Position numbers and translations under genes: made by a program | Shown here: positions 28,811 through 38,161 of the stretch, one piece after another | Numbering within the stretch: position 1 is the first letter of the stretch | How the letters are laid out: each line of letters begins with the position of its first letter | Origin: an uncultured Mycoplasmatota bacterium | Lineage (GTDB): Bacteria > Bacillota_I > Bacilli_A > RF39 > UBA660 | Reading direction: 5' to 3' | NCBI GenBank assembly: GCA_946407055.1 | Contig: CAMJMP010000001.1 | Span: 6,847-70,846, forward strand | DNA length: 64,000 nt | Notes under the pieces: generated by a model | Seen by the model: only the letters and a program-made list of their open reading frames with translations | Database searches by the model: none | What the model was told of the DNA's origin: nothing

Positions 28811-29886
28811 AATTAGTAAAACAGTCTTACGAAATATTAGAACAAGAAATTCCTGTTCATAAGCTGGATGATTATTCAGGTTATCATTTCAGAGAACAAT
28901 ATCTTGAAAATATGTATAAGCATATTGAAAGATGTGGAAGAACTTGTTATAAATCTGAGAATAAAATAACACCAGATAGTTCTAAAAAGTTTGTAGATGG
29001 ACTTATTAAGTCTAAGCATTTAAGTGTTCTTGAACATGGAACTATTTATTTGTATATTCCAGTAAATCCTTACGATTCCGATTTAGTTTATCATGTTAGA
29101 AACGAATATGTAGAAAATCCTTATTCTAAAGCTATATATGTTGGACTTGATGATGATGAACCACCTTATCGTGATATTTTAGGAAATCCTGCACACGGTG
29201 ATATGCAATATGTTATTACTACTAATTTTAGAGTATTAGTAGAAAATGATTGGCTTGATGATTTGAAATATCTTTGTGAGCCAACTAAATATCATGAGTT
29301 AAGACATACTGTACTTCTTCATTCTTGTATCCATACTTATAAGGATTTAACAAGACATAGAAAAATGAGTTTCAGTATCGAAAGCACACGTTATTGTAAC
29401 TATTCTAAAACTGATAAGTTTGGAGAAATGAAGTTTGTTCTTCCACCTTGGATTAAAGAAAAACCAACTTGTAATTGGGAACATCCTCAAAAGTTACATC
29501 AACCTCTTAGAAAAGAAGGAGAACCTCTAAATGATTTTGGAAGAGTTTGGTATGAACTTTGTATGGAAGATGTAGAAAGAAATTGGGATACAGACGAATT
29601 TAAGTTAATAACAAAATGGAATTCTGCTGATTTTTATTGTCATGGGTTAAAATGTGCGGAAGATAGTTATAATCTTCTTATAGAATTAGGTTGGCAACCT
29701 CAACAAGCAGCAGAAGTTCTTCCACAATCTACAGCTGCTGATGTAATTATGTCAGGATTTGATGAAGATTGGAAATTTGTATTTGATCTTAGATCTGATA
29801 CTGCTTTAACAGGAAAGCCTCATCCTCTTGTAGAAGAAATTATGACTCCACTTCGTGATGAATTTAAAGCAAATAATTGGATATGA
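28807..29886 (+). CDS. thyX: Flavin-dependent thymidylate synthase
   Basis: ThyX signature 'RHRKMSFSIESTRY' (RHR-x7-S). Confidence 0.75.
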   Translation: MKLVKQSYEILEQEIPVHKLDDYSGYHFREQYLENMYKHIERCGRTCYKSENKITPDSSKKFVDGLIKSKHLSVLEHGTIYLYIPVNPYDSDLVYHVRNEYVENPYSKAIYVGLDDDEPPYRDILGNPAHGDMQYVITTNFRVLVENDWLDDLKYLCEPTKYHELRHTVLLHSCIHTYKDLTRHRKMSFSIESTRYCNYSKTDKFGEMKFVLPPWIKEKPTCNWEHPQKLHQPLRKEGEPLNDFGRVWYELCMEDVERNWDTDEFKLITKWNSADFYCHGLKCAEDSYNLLIELGWQPQQAAEVLPQSTAADVIMSGFDEDWKFVFDLRSDTALTGKPHPLVEEIMTPLRDEFKANNWI

Positions 29887-30125
29887 TAGCATTAACTATA
29901 ATTGTAATTTGTCTTTTAATAATTGTAATTGCATTAAGTAAAAGTGTAGATGATCTTAGAAATGATATAGATTTATTAGAACTAAAACTTAATGACAAGA
30001 GCACTGAACTCCTTAAACTAAAGAGTGATTTTTTTACACATTTAAAAGAATATGAAAATCACAAACATGAGTATAAGTTTAAAGATGGAATTTTATATAT
30101 ACAAAAACCAATTGAACAAGAATAA
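29877..30125 (+). CDS. Small membrane protein
   Basis: N-terminal transmembrane helix 'IALTIIVICLLIIVIAL'. Confidence 0.35.
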   Translation: MDMIALTIIVICLLIIVIALSKSVDDLRNDIDLLELKLNDKSTELLKLKSDFFTHLKEYENHKHEYKFKDGILYIQKPIEQE

Positions 30126-30213
30126 TTATGGATATATTAGGACTAAGTATTTGCACAGCTTGTGTAATTTGTTTATTTGTTTGGGTATACTATTGTCATA
30201 AAAACGCTTAATT

Positions 30214-30492
30214 ATGGATACACTTGATAAAATAAAGTGGATTTCACGACATCAAGAAATTAACCCACGATTATCCGAAATACACGAATTTGTTCCGACA
30301 TATTCTGATCTTTGGTATGATCTTTTTTATGTTGAATGGAATGAACTATGTTTATATCCATATCTTGCATACCACGCTTTATGTCATTTAGAAGAAATAG
30401 AATCTGAAGAAGAGAAGAACAAAATATATGAATTGTTTGATAAGATCTATTTAGATGTTTGTAACGGATATTGGGGATTCTTTTATAAATAA
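30214..30492 (+). CDS. Hypothetical protein
   Basis: 92-aa ORF. Confidence 0.35.
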   Translation: MDTLDKIKWISRHQEINPRLSEIHEFVPTYSDLWYDLFYVEWNELCLYPYLAYHALCHLEEIESEEEKNKIYELFDKIYLDVCNGYWGFFYK

Positions 30493-30493
30493 T

Positions 30494-30673
30494 ATGAAAA
30501 TAATAATTGATACAACACATAATCATGATATTATAGTAGAAGAACGCATAAATCCTTGTGAATCTTCATATACTATAGAATCTGATTCTGCTAAAATAAC
30601 AATTGGTAGTGAAATTGATGTTAGAGAACTTGTAAAATCTCTAACATTTTTAATAAATAGATTTGATGAATAA
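30494..30673 (+). CDS. Hypothetical small protein
   Basis: ORF with an ATG at 30494. Confidence 0.3.
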   Translation: MKIIIDTTHNHDIIVEERINPCESSYTIESDSAKITIGSEIDVRELVKSLTFLINRFDE

Positions 30674-30674
30674 G

Positions 30675-30860
30675 ATGAAAATATTTTTGATTAACGTTTT
30701 ATTTCTTATATTTGGAATATATTTTAGTATTATATCATTATTTATTATATTAGGTAAATGGTTATTACAATTTATTCCAGAATCATGGGAAATTCCAGAA
30801 GACGAACCTTGGAAAATTAATCTTAAATTAGCTGATTTTGTTGAAAATGAAATTAAATAA
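30675..30860 (+). CDS. Small membrane protein
   Basis: ATG at 30675; transmembrane helix 'IFLINVLFLIFGIYFSIISLFIIL'. Confidence 0.3.
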   Translation: MKIFLINVLFLIFGIYFSIISLFIILGKWLLQFIPESWEIPEDEPWKINLKLADFVENEIK

Positions 30861-31482
30861 TTTAATAAATGATTTTGGTGATGGATCAAATGTATATTTT
30901 ACATCTGATACACACTTTGGTCATAAATCTATAATAGAATGTACCCATAGACCGTTTTCAAATACTGTTGAAATGGATACAGCAATAATTGCATTGTGGA
31001 ATGAGACAGTAGGACCTAATGATATTATATTTCATTTAGGTGACTTTTGTTGGAATGGTGCACAAAAGTGGGTAGAAATTCTTAAACAGTTAAATGGAGT
31101 AAAATATTTAATTGTCGGAAATCACGATGTAAAACGTTTGAAAGGAAATGTTTTACAATATTTTGAAGATATTAAATATCAAACGACTCTTTTAATAGAC
31201 GATTGGCATTTATATCTTAATCACTATCCTTTTCTTTGTTTTGGTGGAACATATCGTAAAGGTGCAAAAGTAGCACAAGCATTTGGTCATGTTCATTATG
31301 AAAAACTAAGTCAAGGATTAGATGTAGATAGACTTAATTATCTATTTCCAGCACAATATGATGTTGGTGTAGATAATAATTATTTCTGTCCAATTAGTTG
31401 GAAAGAATTAAAAGATAAATTCGAAAAGCAAATTAATGCTGATTGTAACATGAGGCATTATAAACCTTTAGAATTTGAATGA
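30847..31482 (+). CDS. Calcineurin-like metallophosphoesterase
   Basis: 'YFTSDTHFGH', 'HLGDF' and 'GNHD' metal-binding motifs. Confidence 0.6.
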   Translation: MKLNNLINDFGDGSNVYFTSDTHFGHKSIIECTHRPFSNTVEMDTAIIALWNETVGPNDIIFHLGDFCWNGAQKWVEILKQLNGVKYLIVGNHDVKRLKGNVLQYFEDIKYQTTLLIDDWHLYLNHYPFLCFGGTYRKGAKVAQAFGHVHYEKLSQGLDVDRLNYLFPAQYDVGVDNNYFCPISWKELKDKFEKQINADCNMRHYKPLEFE

Positions 31483-31506
31483 TATATAGACGTTATCAAT
31501 ATTGGG

Positions 31507-31541
31507 GTCCAGGCGCTAAAATCGCCTGGACTTCTTGGTTT
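31507..31541 (+). terminator. Putative terminator hairpin
   Basis: GTCCAGGCG-CTAAAAT-CGCCTGGAC followed by TTCTTGGTTT. Confidence 0.5.
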
Positions 31542-31624
31542 AAATACGATACTAAGAAATCTTTAGATGAATTAAGAAAACAAAAACCTGTTTTTAAAAA
31601 TCTTTTGGAAGAATATAAAGAAAT

Positions 31625-32221
31625 ATGATTGAATTTAGATTAAATTTTTATATTAAATCTCTTTTAGCGGGTGTATTAATTGGATTAGGAGATATTATTT
31701 ATGTAGTATCTGAAAATCATATACTCGGTGCATTTTTATTTTCACTCGGACTTTTAACAATTCTTATTAAAGAATATCCTCTTTATACAGGAAGGGTGGG
31801 GTACATAAAAAATTACGATGATTTTGTAGATTGTTCACCAATGATTCTTTTCAATTTCATTGGTATAGCTTTAGTGTGCGGTTTTGCTAATATTACTAAT
31901 CTTGATTTATCTGCGGTAAATATGATAGTTAGTAATAAGCTACATCAAGAATGGTATAGTACTCTATTCTTATCATGGGGATGTGGAGCAATGATGTATT
32001 TTGCAGTAAATGGATGGAAGAAAACAGGAAATCCAATTGCAGTTATCATGCCTATTATGTTCTTCATACTTTGTGGCTTTGAGCATTGTATTGCTGATTA
32101 TGGATATTTTATGATGTATAAGTTCAAAGAAGCTATAGATTTTGATTATCATGCTGGAATGTTTATTTTAATAGCAATTGTAGGTAATGCTTTAGGAAGT
32201 TTAACATTTAGTAAAATTTAA
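31625..32221 (+). CDS. Formate/nitrite transporter (FNT) family channel protein
   Basis: 'SLGLLTIL...LYTG', 'ILCGFEHCIADY' (compare the FocA signature 'ASGFEHSIANM') and 'IVGNALGSL' (compare 'IGNIIGG'); multiple transmembrane helices. Confidence 0.55.
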   Translation: MIEFRLNFYIKSLLAGVLIGLGDIIYVVSENHILGAFLFSLGLLTILIKEYPLYTGRVGYIKNYDDFVDCSPMILFNFIGIALVCGFANITNLDLSAVNMIVSNKLHQEWYSTLFLSWGCGAMMYFAVNGWKKTGNPIAVIMPIMFFILCGFEHCIADYGYFMMYKFKEAIDFDYHAGMFILIAIVGNALGSLTFSKI

Positions 32222-32224
32222 TAA

Positions 32225-32737
32225 ATGGATATTGCAAATAAAAACGTACTATTTTTCGACCTTGATGGAACAATAATAAATACTATATCTGGAAAGACAT
32301 TTCCAGCTGGTGTTTGGGATATGGAAATTGATCTTAGAGTATTAAGTACATTAGACAAACTTAAACCAGAATATATATTTATTGTATCAAATCAAGGAGG
32401 AATCGAAAAAGGATTTGTAAATCGAAAATCTTTTGCTGCTAAATTTGAATATGTAAAGCAAGCAATTTTTGATTATTTAGGTGATACTAATATAATCGTA
32501 GATGGTATGTATTGTACCAATGATGATAAAGCTAATGAATACAGAAAACCTAATATAGCAATGCTTGAAACATTACTTAGAAAATATAGCATTTTAAATA
32601 CTAAAGAAACAATGCTAATGGTAGGTGATGCTTCGGGTAAACCTGGGGATTTTTCAGATTCTGATAAGAAGACTGCCAAAAATTTCGGTATAGATTATCT
32701 CGATGTAGAAGATTTTATTTCTTTATTTAATAATTAA
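32225..32737 (+). CDS. HAD-IIIA family phosphatase (polynucleotide 3'-phosphatase / GmhB-like)
   Basis: 'VLFFDLDGTIINT' motif I, 'VSNQGGIEKGF' motif II (compare 'TNQSGIGRG') and 'MVGDASGK' motif III/IV. Confidence 0.55.
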   Translation: MDIANKNVLFFDLDGTIINTISGKTFPAGVWDMEIDLRVLSTLDKLKPEYIFIVSNQGGIEKGFVNRKSFAAKFEYVKQAIFDYLGDTNIIVDGMYCTNDDKANEYRKPNIAMLETLLRKYSILNTKETMLMVGDASGKPGDFSDSDKKTAKNFGIDYLDVEDFISLFNN

Positions 32738-32743
32738 AATTTT

Positions 32744-33190
32744 ATGAAGTATATTGGTATTAAAATAATAGACGCTGTTCCTATGACAGCAGAAGAAGCA
32801 ATTAGACGTGGTTATTATCAAATAAATGGTAATAAAGGTGACGGTTATGAAATAACTTATGAAGAAGGATATAAGTATTGGTTTCCTAAAGAAATATTTG
32901 AGGAACATTATCATGAAATCAAAAACAAAGAACTTGCAGAAACTGCTAAGTTAATGGTTTCTTCTGATTATAAAGAGAGATTTAGAGCTGAGTGTATTCA
33001 ACTCGAGAATCGTTATGAAGGTCTTAAGAAAATGGTTGAAAGTTGGGATAATGGTACATTACCTTTTACTCCTACTTGTCCTAGAGAAATTTACGACGAG
33101 CAACTTGCAGCTATGAGAGCTTATATGAAAGTTCTTACTGAGCGTGCTCATATAGAAAATATACCTATATATAATGAAAATACTATTTAA
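32744..33190 (+). CDS. Hypothetical protein
   Basis: 148-aa ORF. Confidence 0.4.
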   Translation: MKYIGIKIIDAVPMTAEEAIRRGYYQINGNKGDGYEITYEEGYKYWFPKEIFEEHYHEIKNKELAETAKLMVSSDYKERFRAECIQLENRYEGLKKMVESWDNGTLPFTPTCPREIYDEQLAAMRAYMKVLTERAHIENIPIYNENTI

Positions 33191-33425
33191 TATCATAAAA
33201 ATAATACATAGATTATTGTATTGTTTAATATTACCTGTAGGTTTCTTTTTATTAGTTCTTTCACATATTCTATATTATTGTATAATCATATTTGTTCCAA
33301 TTATTGTTTATATAATTAAAGGTGATTTTAATATAGATTGTATACATGATACAGAAGATGAAGACCATATAATTAATAAAATATTTACTAAACTTTATAA
33401 TTTTATTTACCCTAATTATGACTGA
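33174..33425 (+). CDS. Small membrane protein
   Basis: Two hydrophobic helices. Confidence 0.3.
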   Translation: MKILFNIIKIIHRLLYCLILPVGFFLLVLSHILYYCIIIFVPIIVYIIKGDFNIDCIHDTEDEDHIINKIFTKLYNFIYPNYD

Positions 33426-33705
33426 AACAAATTATTACAAAAAGCAAAACACTGTAACAGAGGAAGACGTAAAGGCAAATATGCAGGATGTATATTGCAC
33501 AACATTAAAGCCATTTGATAAGCCTGTTACTTTCGTAGAAGTACGAATGAAGAATGGATTTACAGTTAGAGAATCAACAACTTGTGTTGATCCAAATAAT
33601 TATAATGAAGAGATTGGTAAAGAAATTTGTTTGAAGAGAATCGAAGATAAGATTTGGTTACTTCTTGGATACGCTTTACAGGAAAAACTTTATCAAAATA
33701 TGTAA
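33418..33705 (+). CDS. Hypothetical protein
   Basis: 95-aa ORF. Confidence 0.35.
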   Translation: MTETNYYKKQNTVTEEDVKANMQDVYCTTLKPFDKPVTFVEVRMKNGFTVRESTTCVDPNNYNEEIGKEICLKRIEDKIWLLLGYALQEKLYQNM

Positions 33706-33706
33706 T

Positions 33707-34156
33707 ATGGAAAAAGTAGTAAAAGAAAATCAAATAACTACAACTGTTAAAGAAACAGTATATGTAGCATATGACAATACCGAGTTTGGTACAGAAGCAG
33801 ATTGTAAAAGATACGAAAATGCTTGTAAACTTGTAGTCATTAATAAGTTAGAGCCTTGTACTATCAAGACTCTTGACTATGATCCTTTTGGCGAATGTGA
33901 TGATGTATTTTGTAAAATCGTATCTCCTAAAACAGATGAAGATATTGATAATCTAAATATAATCAATGGTATTTGCAATCGTGCATCTACATTACGTTTT
34001 ACACCAAAAGATTTAGGAAAACTTATTTTCGTATATTATCGAATTGATAATGAGGTTGATTGTTTATGGTTTCAACATATAAGTAATATTGTAGAAACAA
34101 ATACCGATAAGAAATTTGAGGTAGTTGAAACCGATTATGACGATGATATACTTTAA
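33707..34156 (+). CDS. Hypothetical protein
   Basis: ORF with an ATG at 33707. Confidence 0.35.
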   Translation: MEKVVKENQITTTVKETVYVAYDNTEFGTEADCKRYENACKLVVINKLEPCTIKTLDYDPFGECDDVFCKIVSPKTDEDIDNLNIINGICNRASTLRFTPKDLGKLIFVYYRIDNEVDCLWFQHISNIVETNTDKKFEVVETDYDDDIL

Positions 34157-34171
34157 TTAAATAATAGATTT

Positions 34172-35068
34172 ATGAATATTTATAAAAACGGAAATTATAC
34201 AGTTGTAATTCTTCAAGATGGAACTAAAATAAGAAAGACAAATGATGATGAATTTATTCCTTCATTTGCTGAAAATTGTGATGTAAAAATTACAGATAAG
34301 TGTTCAATTGGATGTCCTTGGTGTTATGAAGGATGTACTAAGGAAGGTAAACATGGTGATTTATTTAAGTATAAATTTATTGAAACACTACATCCTTATA
34401 CCGAAATGGCACTTAATGGAAATGATTTAAATCATCCACAACTTGAAGAGTTCCTTAATTTCCTTAAAACTAAAAAAGTATTTGCAAATATTACTGTTCA
34501 TCAAAAGCAGTTTATAAATAATTACGATTTTATTAAAAGGCTTATTGATAACAAATTAATTTACGGTATTGGTATTTCTTATAATCATTATAATCAAGAT
34601 TTTATTGATAAGATTAAAGAAATACCAAATGCTGTACTTCACACTATTAATGGTATTCTTTCTGAAGATGATATAAACAAGCTGAAAGGAAACAACCTTA
34701 AAGTTCTTGTACTTGGATATAAATATCTTCAAAGAGGAATATCATATAGTGATGATAACCAATATATTATTGATAAGAATTGGAAGTATCTTAAAGAAGA
34801 ACTTCCAAAGATTATTGCTAATAATTATTTTCAACTTATTTCATTCGATAATCTTTCTCTAAATCAACTTGATGTTAAAAGACTTCTTAGTGATAAAGAA
34901 TGGGAAGAGTTCTACATGGGTGATGATGGTAAATACACTTTTTATATAGATATGGTAAAAGGTGAGTTTTCTAAAAATTCTATTGCTTCTGAAAGATACC
35001 CTATTGGAGATAAGACTATTGATGAAATGTTTAAATTTATTACATCTAAAAATGAAGTTACAAATTAG
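34172..35068 (+). CDS. Radical SAM domain protein
   Basis: 'DKCSIGCPWCYEG' CxxxCxxC cluster near the N-terminus; 298 aa; no additional C-terminal Cys clusters, so no SPASM domain; translationally coupled to the next gene. Confidence 0.5.
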   Translation: MNIYKNGNYTVVILQDGTKIRKTNDDEFIPSFAENCDVKITDKCSIGCPWCYEGCTKEGKHGDLFKYKFIETLHPYTEMALNGNDLNHPQLEEFLNFLKTKKVFANITVHQKQFINNYDFIKRLIDNKLIYGIGISYNHYNQDFIDKIKEIPNAVLHTINGILSEDDINKLKGNNLKVLVLGYKYLQRGISYSDDNQYIIDKNWKYLKEELPKIIANNYFQLISFDNLSLNQLDVKRLLSDKEWEEFYMGDDGKYTFYIDMVKGEFSKNSIASERYPIGDKTIDEMFKFITSKNEVTN

Positions 35069-35594
35069 ACCTAGAATATTTGAAACGAATTCAAGTTCTA
35101 CACATTCTTTAACTTGTTGTGAATCTAATAAGATTGAAGATACAATTAAGCATATATTTTGGAAGAATATTGATGAATCTGAATTTGATTATGGACTCAA
35201 TTTTGATGATTATAATAACATTGTAGTTGTTGAAGGTCTTGACCTTCCTTCTGGATATGAAGAATCTAGTGTGTATATCATATTTATGAATTGGGAAGCT
35301 AAAGTACAAGTTTTACTTAATTATCTTTTTAATAATCTTCATCCAAATGATGCACTCATAGAAGATGTTAAAGATATAATTCTTTCTGAACTTAAACGTC
35401 GAGGACATGAAAATATAACAGATGTTATTATTGATGAAGAATCTATAAAAAATAAGGGAACTTGGTTTGAATGTGACAAGATCAATATGAAGAATTTTAT
35501 TGATGTTTTTAAAACATATATCACAGGAGAAAATAGTTTAATCTATTCTGATGAAGCTTATTCTTCTGATGGTATGAAAATTTTAATTTATTAA
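35052..35594 (+). CDS. Paralog 1 of the 'QIRxxLFETNSSSxHS' family
   Basis: N-terminus 'MKLQIRPRIFETNSSSTHSLT'; overlaps the radical SAM gene by 17 nt; shares C-terminal '(L/M)NYLF' with paralogs 3 and 4. Confidence 0.5.
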   Translation: MKLQIRPRIFETNSSSTHSLTCCESNKIEDTIKHIFWKNIDESEFDYGLNFDDYNNIVVVEGLDLPSGYEESSVYIIFMNWEAKVQVLLNYLFNNLHPNDALIEDVKDIILSELKRRGHENITDVIIDEESIKNKGTWFECDKINMKNFIDVFKTYITGENSLIYSDEAYSSDGMKILIY

Positions 35595-35596
35595 TT

Positions 35597-35878
35597 ATGA
35601 AAGTACAAATTAGACATGGTCTTTTTGAAACAAATTCATCTTCTGTGCACAGTTTAACTATTGTGCCAGAAAGTGAAATTGATAAATGGAGAGAAGGAAA
35701 GCTTTTCTATAGTTATGACGAAGATCGACTAATTCCTATTTCAGAAATAGAGAATTATGATCCAGATTGGATATCAAATTTTGAAGATTTTGGTGATGAA
35801 TATGAAACCTTCTTTGAAAAGTATACTTCTCCATCTGGTGATAAAATAGTAGCATTTGGTTATTACGGACACGATTAA
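35597..35878 (+). CDS. Paralog 2 of the 'QIRxxLFETNSSSxHS' family
   Basis: N-terminus 'MKVQIRHGLFETNSSSVHSLT'. Confidence 0.5.
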   Translation: MKVQIRHGLFETNSSSVHSLTIVPESEIDKWREGKLFYSYDEDRLIPISEIENYDPDWISNFEDFGDEYETFFEKYTSPSGDKIVAFGYYGHD

Positions 35879-35879
35879 T

Positions 35880-36362
35880 ATGAAAGTACAAATAAGACGA
35901 GGTCTTTTCGAGACCAATTCAAGTTCAGTACATACTCTTGTTATTGGAAATCATGGACAAAATATTTACGAGGATCTTCCCAAAGAAATAAAATTTGAAC
36001 TGGAACCAATTGATTATTGTTCTCCTGATACTGTACAAAAGAAAGCTAATTTCCTTTATAGGCAAATAATAGCTTTTTCTGATGATACAGTAGAAGACAT
36101 GAATAAAATCAAAAAGTATCTTCAAGAATTTAATATAAAGTGTATCTTTACTAATCCTCTTGAATATCCTTTCTTTAGAGATGTTATTAACGATATATAT
36201 GATATATCAGATTTTCTAATTGATATTCTTGAGAATAGTACAACACTAATGAACTATCTTTTCAGTGAAGATTCATACATTGGTTGTTACGATAACAATT
36301 ATTGGGAAGAGCAAATAGTAAAGCCAACAAATTTAATAAAGTTTAATATTGAAGACGTATGA
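35880..36362 (+). CDS. Paralog 3 of the 'QIRxxLFETNSSSxHS' family
   Basis: N-terminus 'MKVQIRRGLFETNSSSVHTLV'. Confidence 0.5.
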   Translation: MKVQIRRGLFETNSSSVHTLVIGNHGQNIYEDLPKEIKFELEPIDYCSPDTVQKKANFLYRQIIAFSDDTVEDMNKIKKYLQEFNIKCIFTNPLEYPFFRDVINDIYDISDFLIDILENSTTLMNYLFSEDSYIGCYDNNYWEEQIVKPTNLIKFNIEDV

Positions 36363-36844
36363 AACAACAAATTAGACGTAATCTCTTTGAAACTAATTCA
36401 AGTTCTGTACATAGTATTGTAATTACTAAAGAACCATTAAGTAATATTCCAAAAAGTTTATGTATAGTAAGGAAGGAATTTGGATGGGAAAATAGAATAT
36501 ATCATGATATTGAGGATAGAGTATCATATCTTTATACAGGTATACTTGAATGTTTTAAAAACGATGAACAAGAAAGATATATCAATAAACTAATTAAGTT
36601 TCTTGAAAAACTTGGAGTGGAAGTAGAAATTGATCATGATAATGATAGTGATTGGTATGGAATTGATCATGTTTATGAACTTATAGACTTTATAAAAGAT
36701 ATTTTCAATGATGAAGATTATCTTTTTAACTATCTATTTTCACCTACATCGTATATAATGACAGGAAATGATAATGAAGATCCTAATCCTTATGATGATG
36801 AAGTACCAGATAATACAATTTATCATTATATAAAAAGTAATTAA
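36359..36844 (+). CDS. Paralog 4 of the 'QIRxxLFETNSSSxHS' family
   Basis: N-terminus 'MKQQIRRNLFETNSSSVHSIV'; its start overlaps the paralog 3 stop (ATGA). Confidence 0.5.
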   Translation: MKQQIRRNLFETNSSSVHSIVITKEPLSNIPKSLCIVRKEFGWENRIYHDIEDRVSYLYTGILECFKNDEQERYINKLIKFLEKLGVEVEIDHDNDSDWYGIDHVYELIDFIKDIFNDEDYLFNYLFSPTSYIMTGNDNEDPNPYDDEVPDNTIYHYIKSN

Positions 36845-36846
36845 TT

Positions 36847-37179
36847 ATGGGAGAAAAGAAATTATATCAAGTATTTAGAATTGACATATGTTTCACATCA
36901 TATGCAATTGATTATGTATTTGTTGGAGGCGAGTCTGCAGAGGATATAAGAAATCATTTTAAAGACGTATTCTCAGACGAAAAGATTGAAGTTTGTGAAT
37001 ATACTAAAGACGAATATCCTGATAATGAAATAGGAGATATTGTATATGAACCACAATATACAGATGATGAAATTGAAGAAATTTTTAGTTCTTCACAATT
37101 TCCTCGTATTGCTCCAGTAAAGGATCTTTATACTACAACACCTTATTGTATTTTAGACTCTATTGCTTATTACGAATAA
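36847..37179 (+). CDS. Hypothetical acidic protein
   Basis: 110-aa ORF. Confidence 0.35.
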   Translation: MGEKKLYQVFRIDICFTSYAIDYVFVGGESAEDIRNHFKDVFSDEKIEVCEYTKDEYPDNEIGDIVYEPQYTDDEIEEIFSSSQFPRIAPVKDLYTTTPYCILDSIAYYE

Positions 37180-37181
37180 AT

Positions 37182-37928
37182 ATGGCATACTTTTATGAAT
37201 CTCATGAACATACTGCCAAAATGGAAGAGTTGTTCAGTAAAGAAATTAAAAATTGTATTAATAATACAAGTGTATATCGTGTTATGTCGGATTTTAATCC
37301 GACTAACATAGATATTACAGTAGAAGCTTTAACAACATCTGATGCAATTACTAAATACAAAGATTCAAAAAGACTTTGTTGTTTAAATTTTGCTTCTTTC
37401 CGACATCCTGGAGGTAGTTTTGGTTATAAAGAAGTACATCTTGCACAAGAAGAATGGATTTGTAAAGATTCATTCCTTTACAACATATTAAAGGAATTTA
37501 AAAACGAATATGTTAAAAATAGTTTTTGTAATAATTATGATTTATACGAAAACTTTGCATTATATTCTCCAGACGTTGTTTTTGTAGACACAGAATACAA
37601 TCCAATTGCTAAGTGTGATGTTCTTACTTGTGCTGCACCTAACGCTAAGGTTGCTCGTAAAAACTATAATGTAGATACTAAAGATATTGAACACGCAATG
37701 CGTCAACGTATTGATTTTGTTCTATCAACAGCAAAAGCACAAGGAGTTAAGACTTTCATTCTTGGAGCTTTTGGTTGTGGAGTATTTGAAAATGATCCTA
37801 CTTTTGTATCACAGACTTTTAAACATTTGTTAGATACCAAGGATTACGGTTTTGAAAAAATTATTTTCGCTATTCCAGGTGGTCCTAATCTTAAAGCTTT
37901 TCAAAAAACATTTTATACAAAATATTAA
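37182..37928 (+). CDS. Macrodomain-fold PARG-like (DUF2263/TIGR02452-like) ADP-ribose-processing protein
   Basis: 'HPGGSFGYKEVHLAQEE' matches the bacterial PARG signature GGG-x6-8-QEE, and the 'ILGAFGCGVFENDP' diphosphate-binding loop is present; start set at the ATG at 37182. Confidence 0.55.
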   Translation: MAYFYESHEHTAKMEELFSKEIKNCINNTSVYRVMSDFNPTNIDITVEALTTSDAITKYKDSKRLCCLNFASFRHPGGSFGYKEVHLAQEEWICKDSFLYNILKEFKNEYVKNSFCNNYDLYENFALYSPDVVFVDTEYNPIAKCDVLTCAAPNAKVARKNYNVDTKDIEHAMRQRIDFVLSTAKAQGVKTFILGAFGCGVFENDPTFVSQTFKHLLDTKDYGFEKIIFAIPGGPNLKAFQKTFYTKY

Positions 37929-37937
37929 TATTAATAT

Positions 37938-37977
37938 CCCTTCCTTGTTTGAACAAGGAAGGGTAAATATTTTAAAA
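37938..37977 (+). terminator. Rho-independent terminator
   Basis: CCCTTCCTTG-TTTGAA-CAAGGAAGGG followed by TAAATATTTT. Confidence 0.6.
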
Positions 37978-37978
37978 T

Positions 37979-38161
37979 ATGGAAAAAGATTATGTTAGTT
38001 TCGAAATAGCTAAATTAATTAAAGAAAAAACAGACTTTAATATACCAATTGAATGTAGACCTTTACTCCCGTGGTTTTTTTGTATGTATGATGAAGATGG
38101 AAAATTCTGTATAGGTTGGTTAAGCGGTAGTGGTTTAGCATCAGGTTGGAAAAGATTTTAA
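37979..38161 (+). CDS. Hypothetical small protein
   Basis: 60-aa ORF. Confidence 0.3.
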   Translation: MEKDYVSFEIAKLIKEKTDFNIPIECRPLLPWFFCMYDEDGKFCIGWLSGSGLASGWKRF

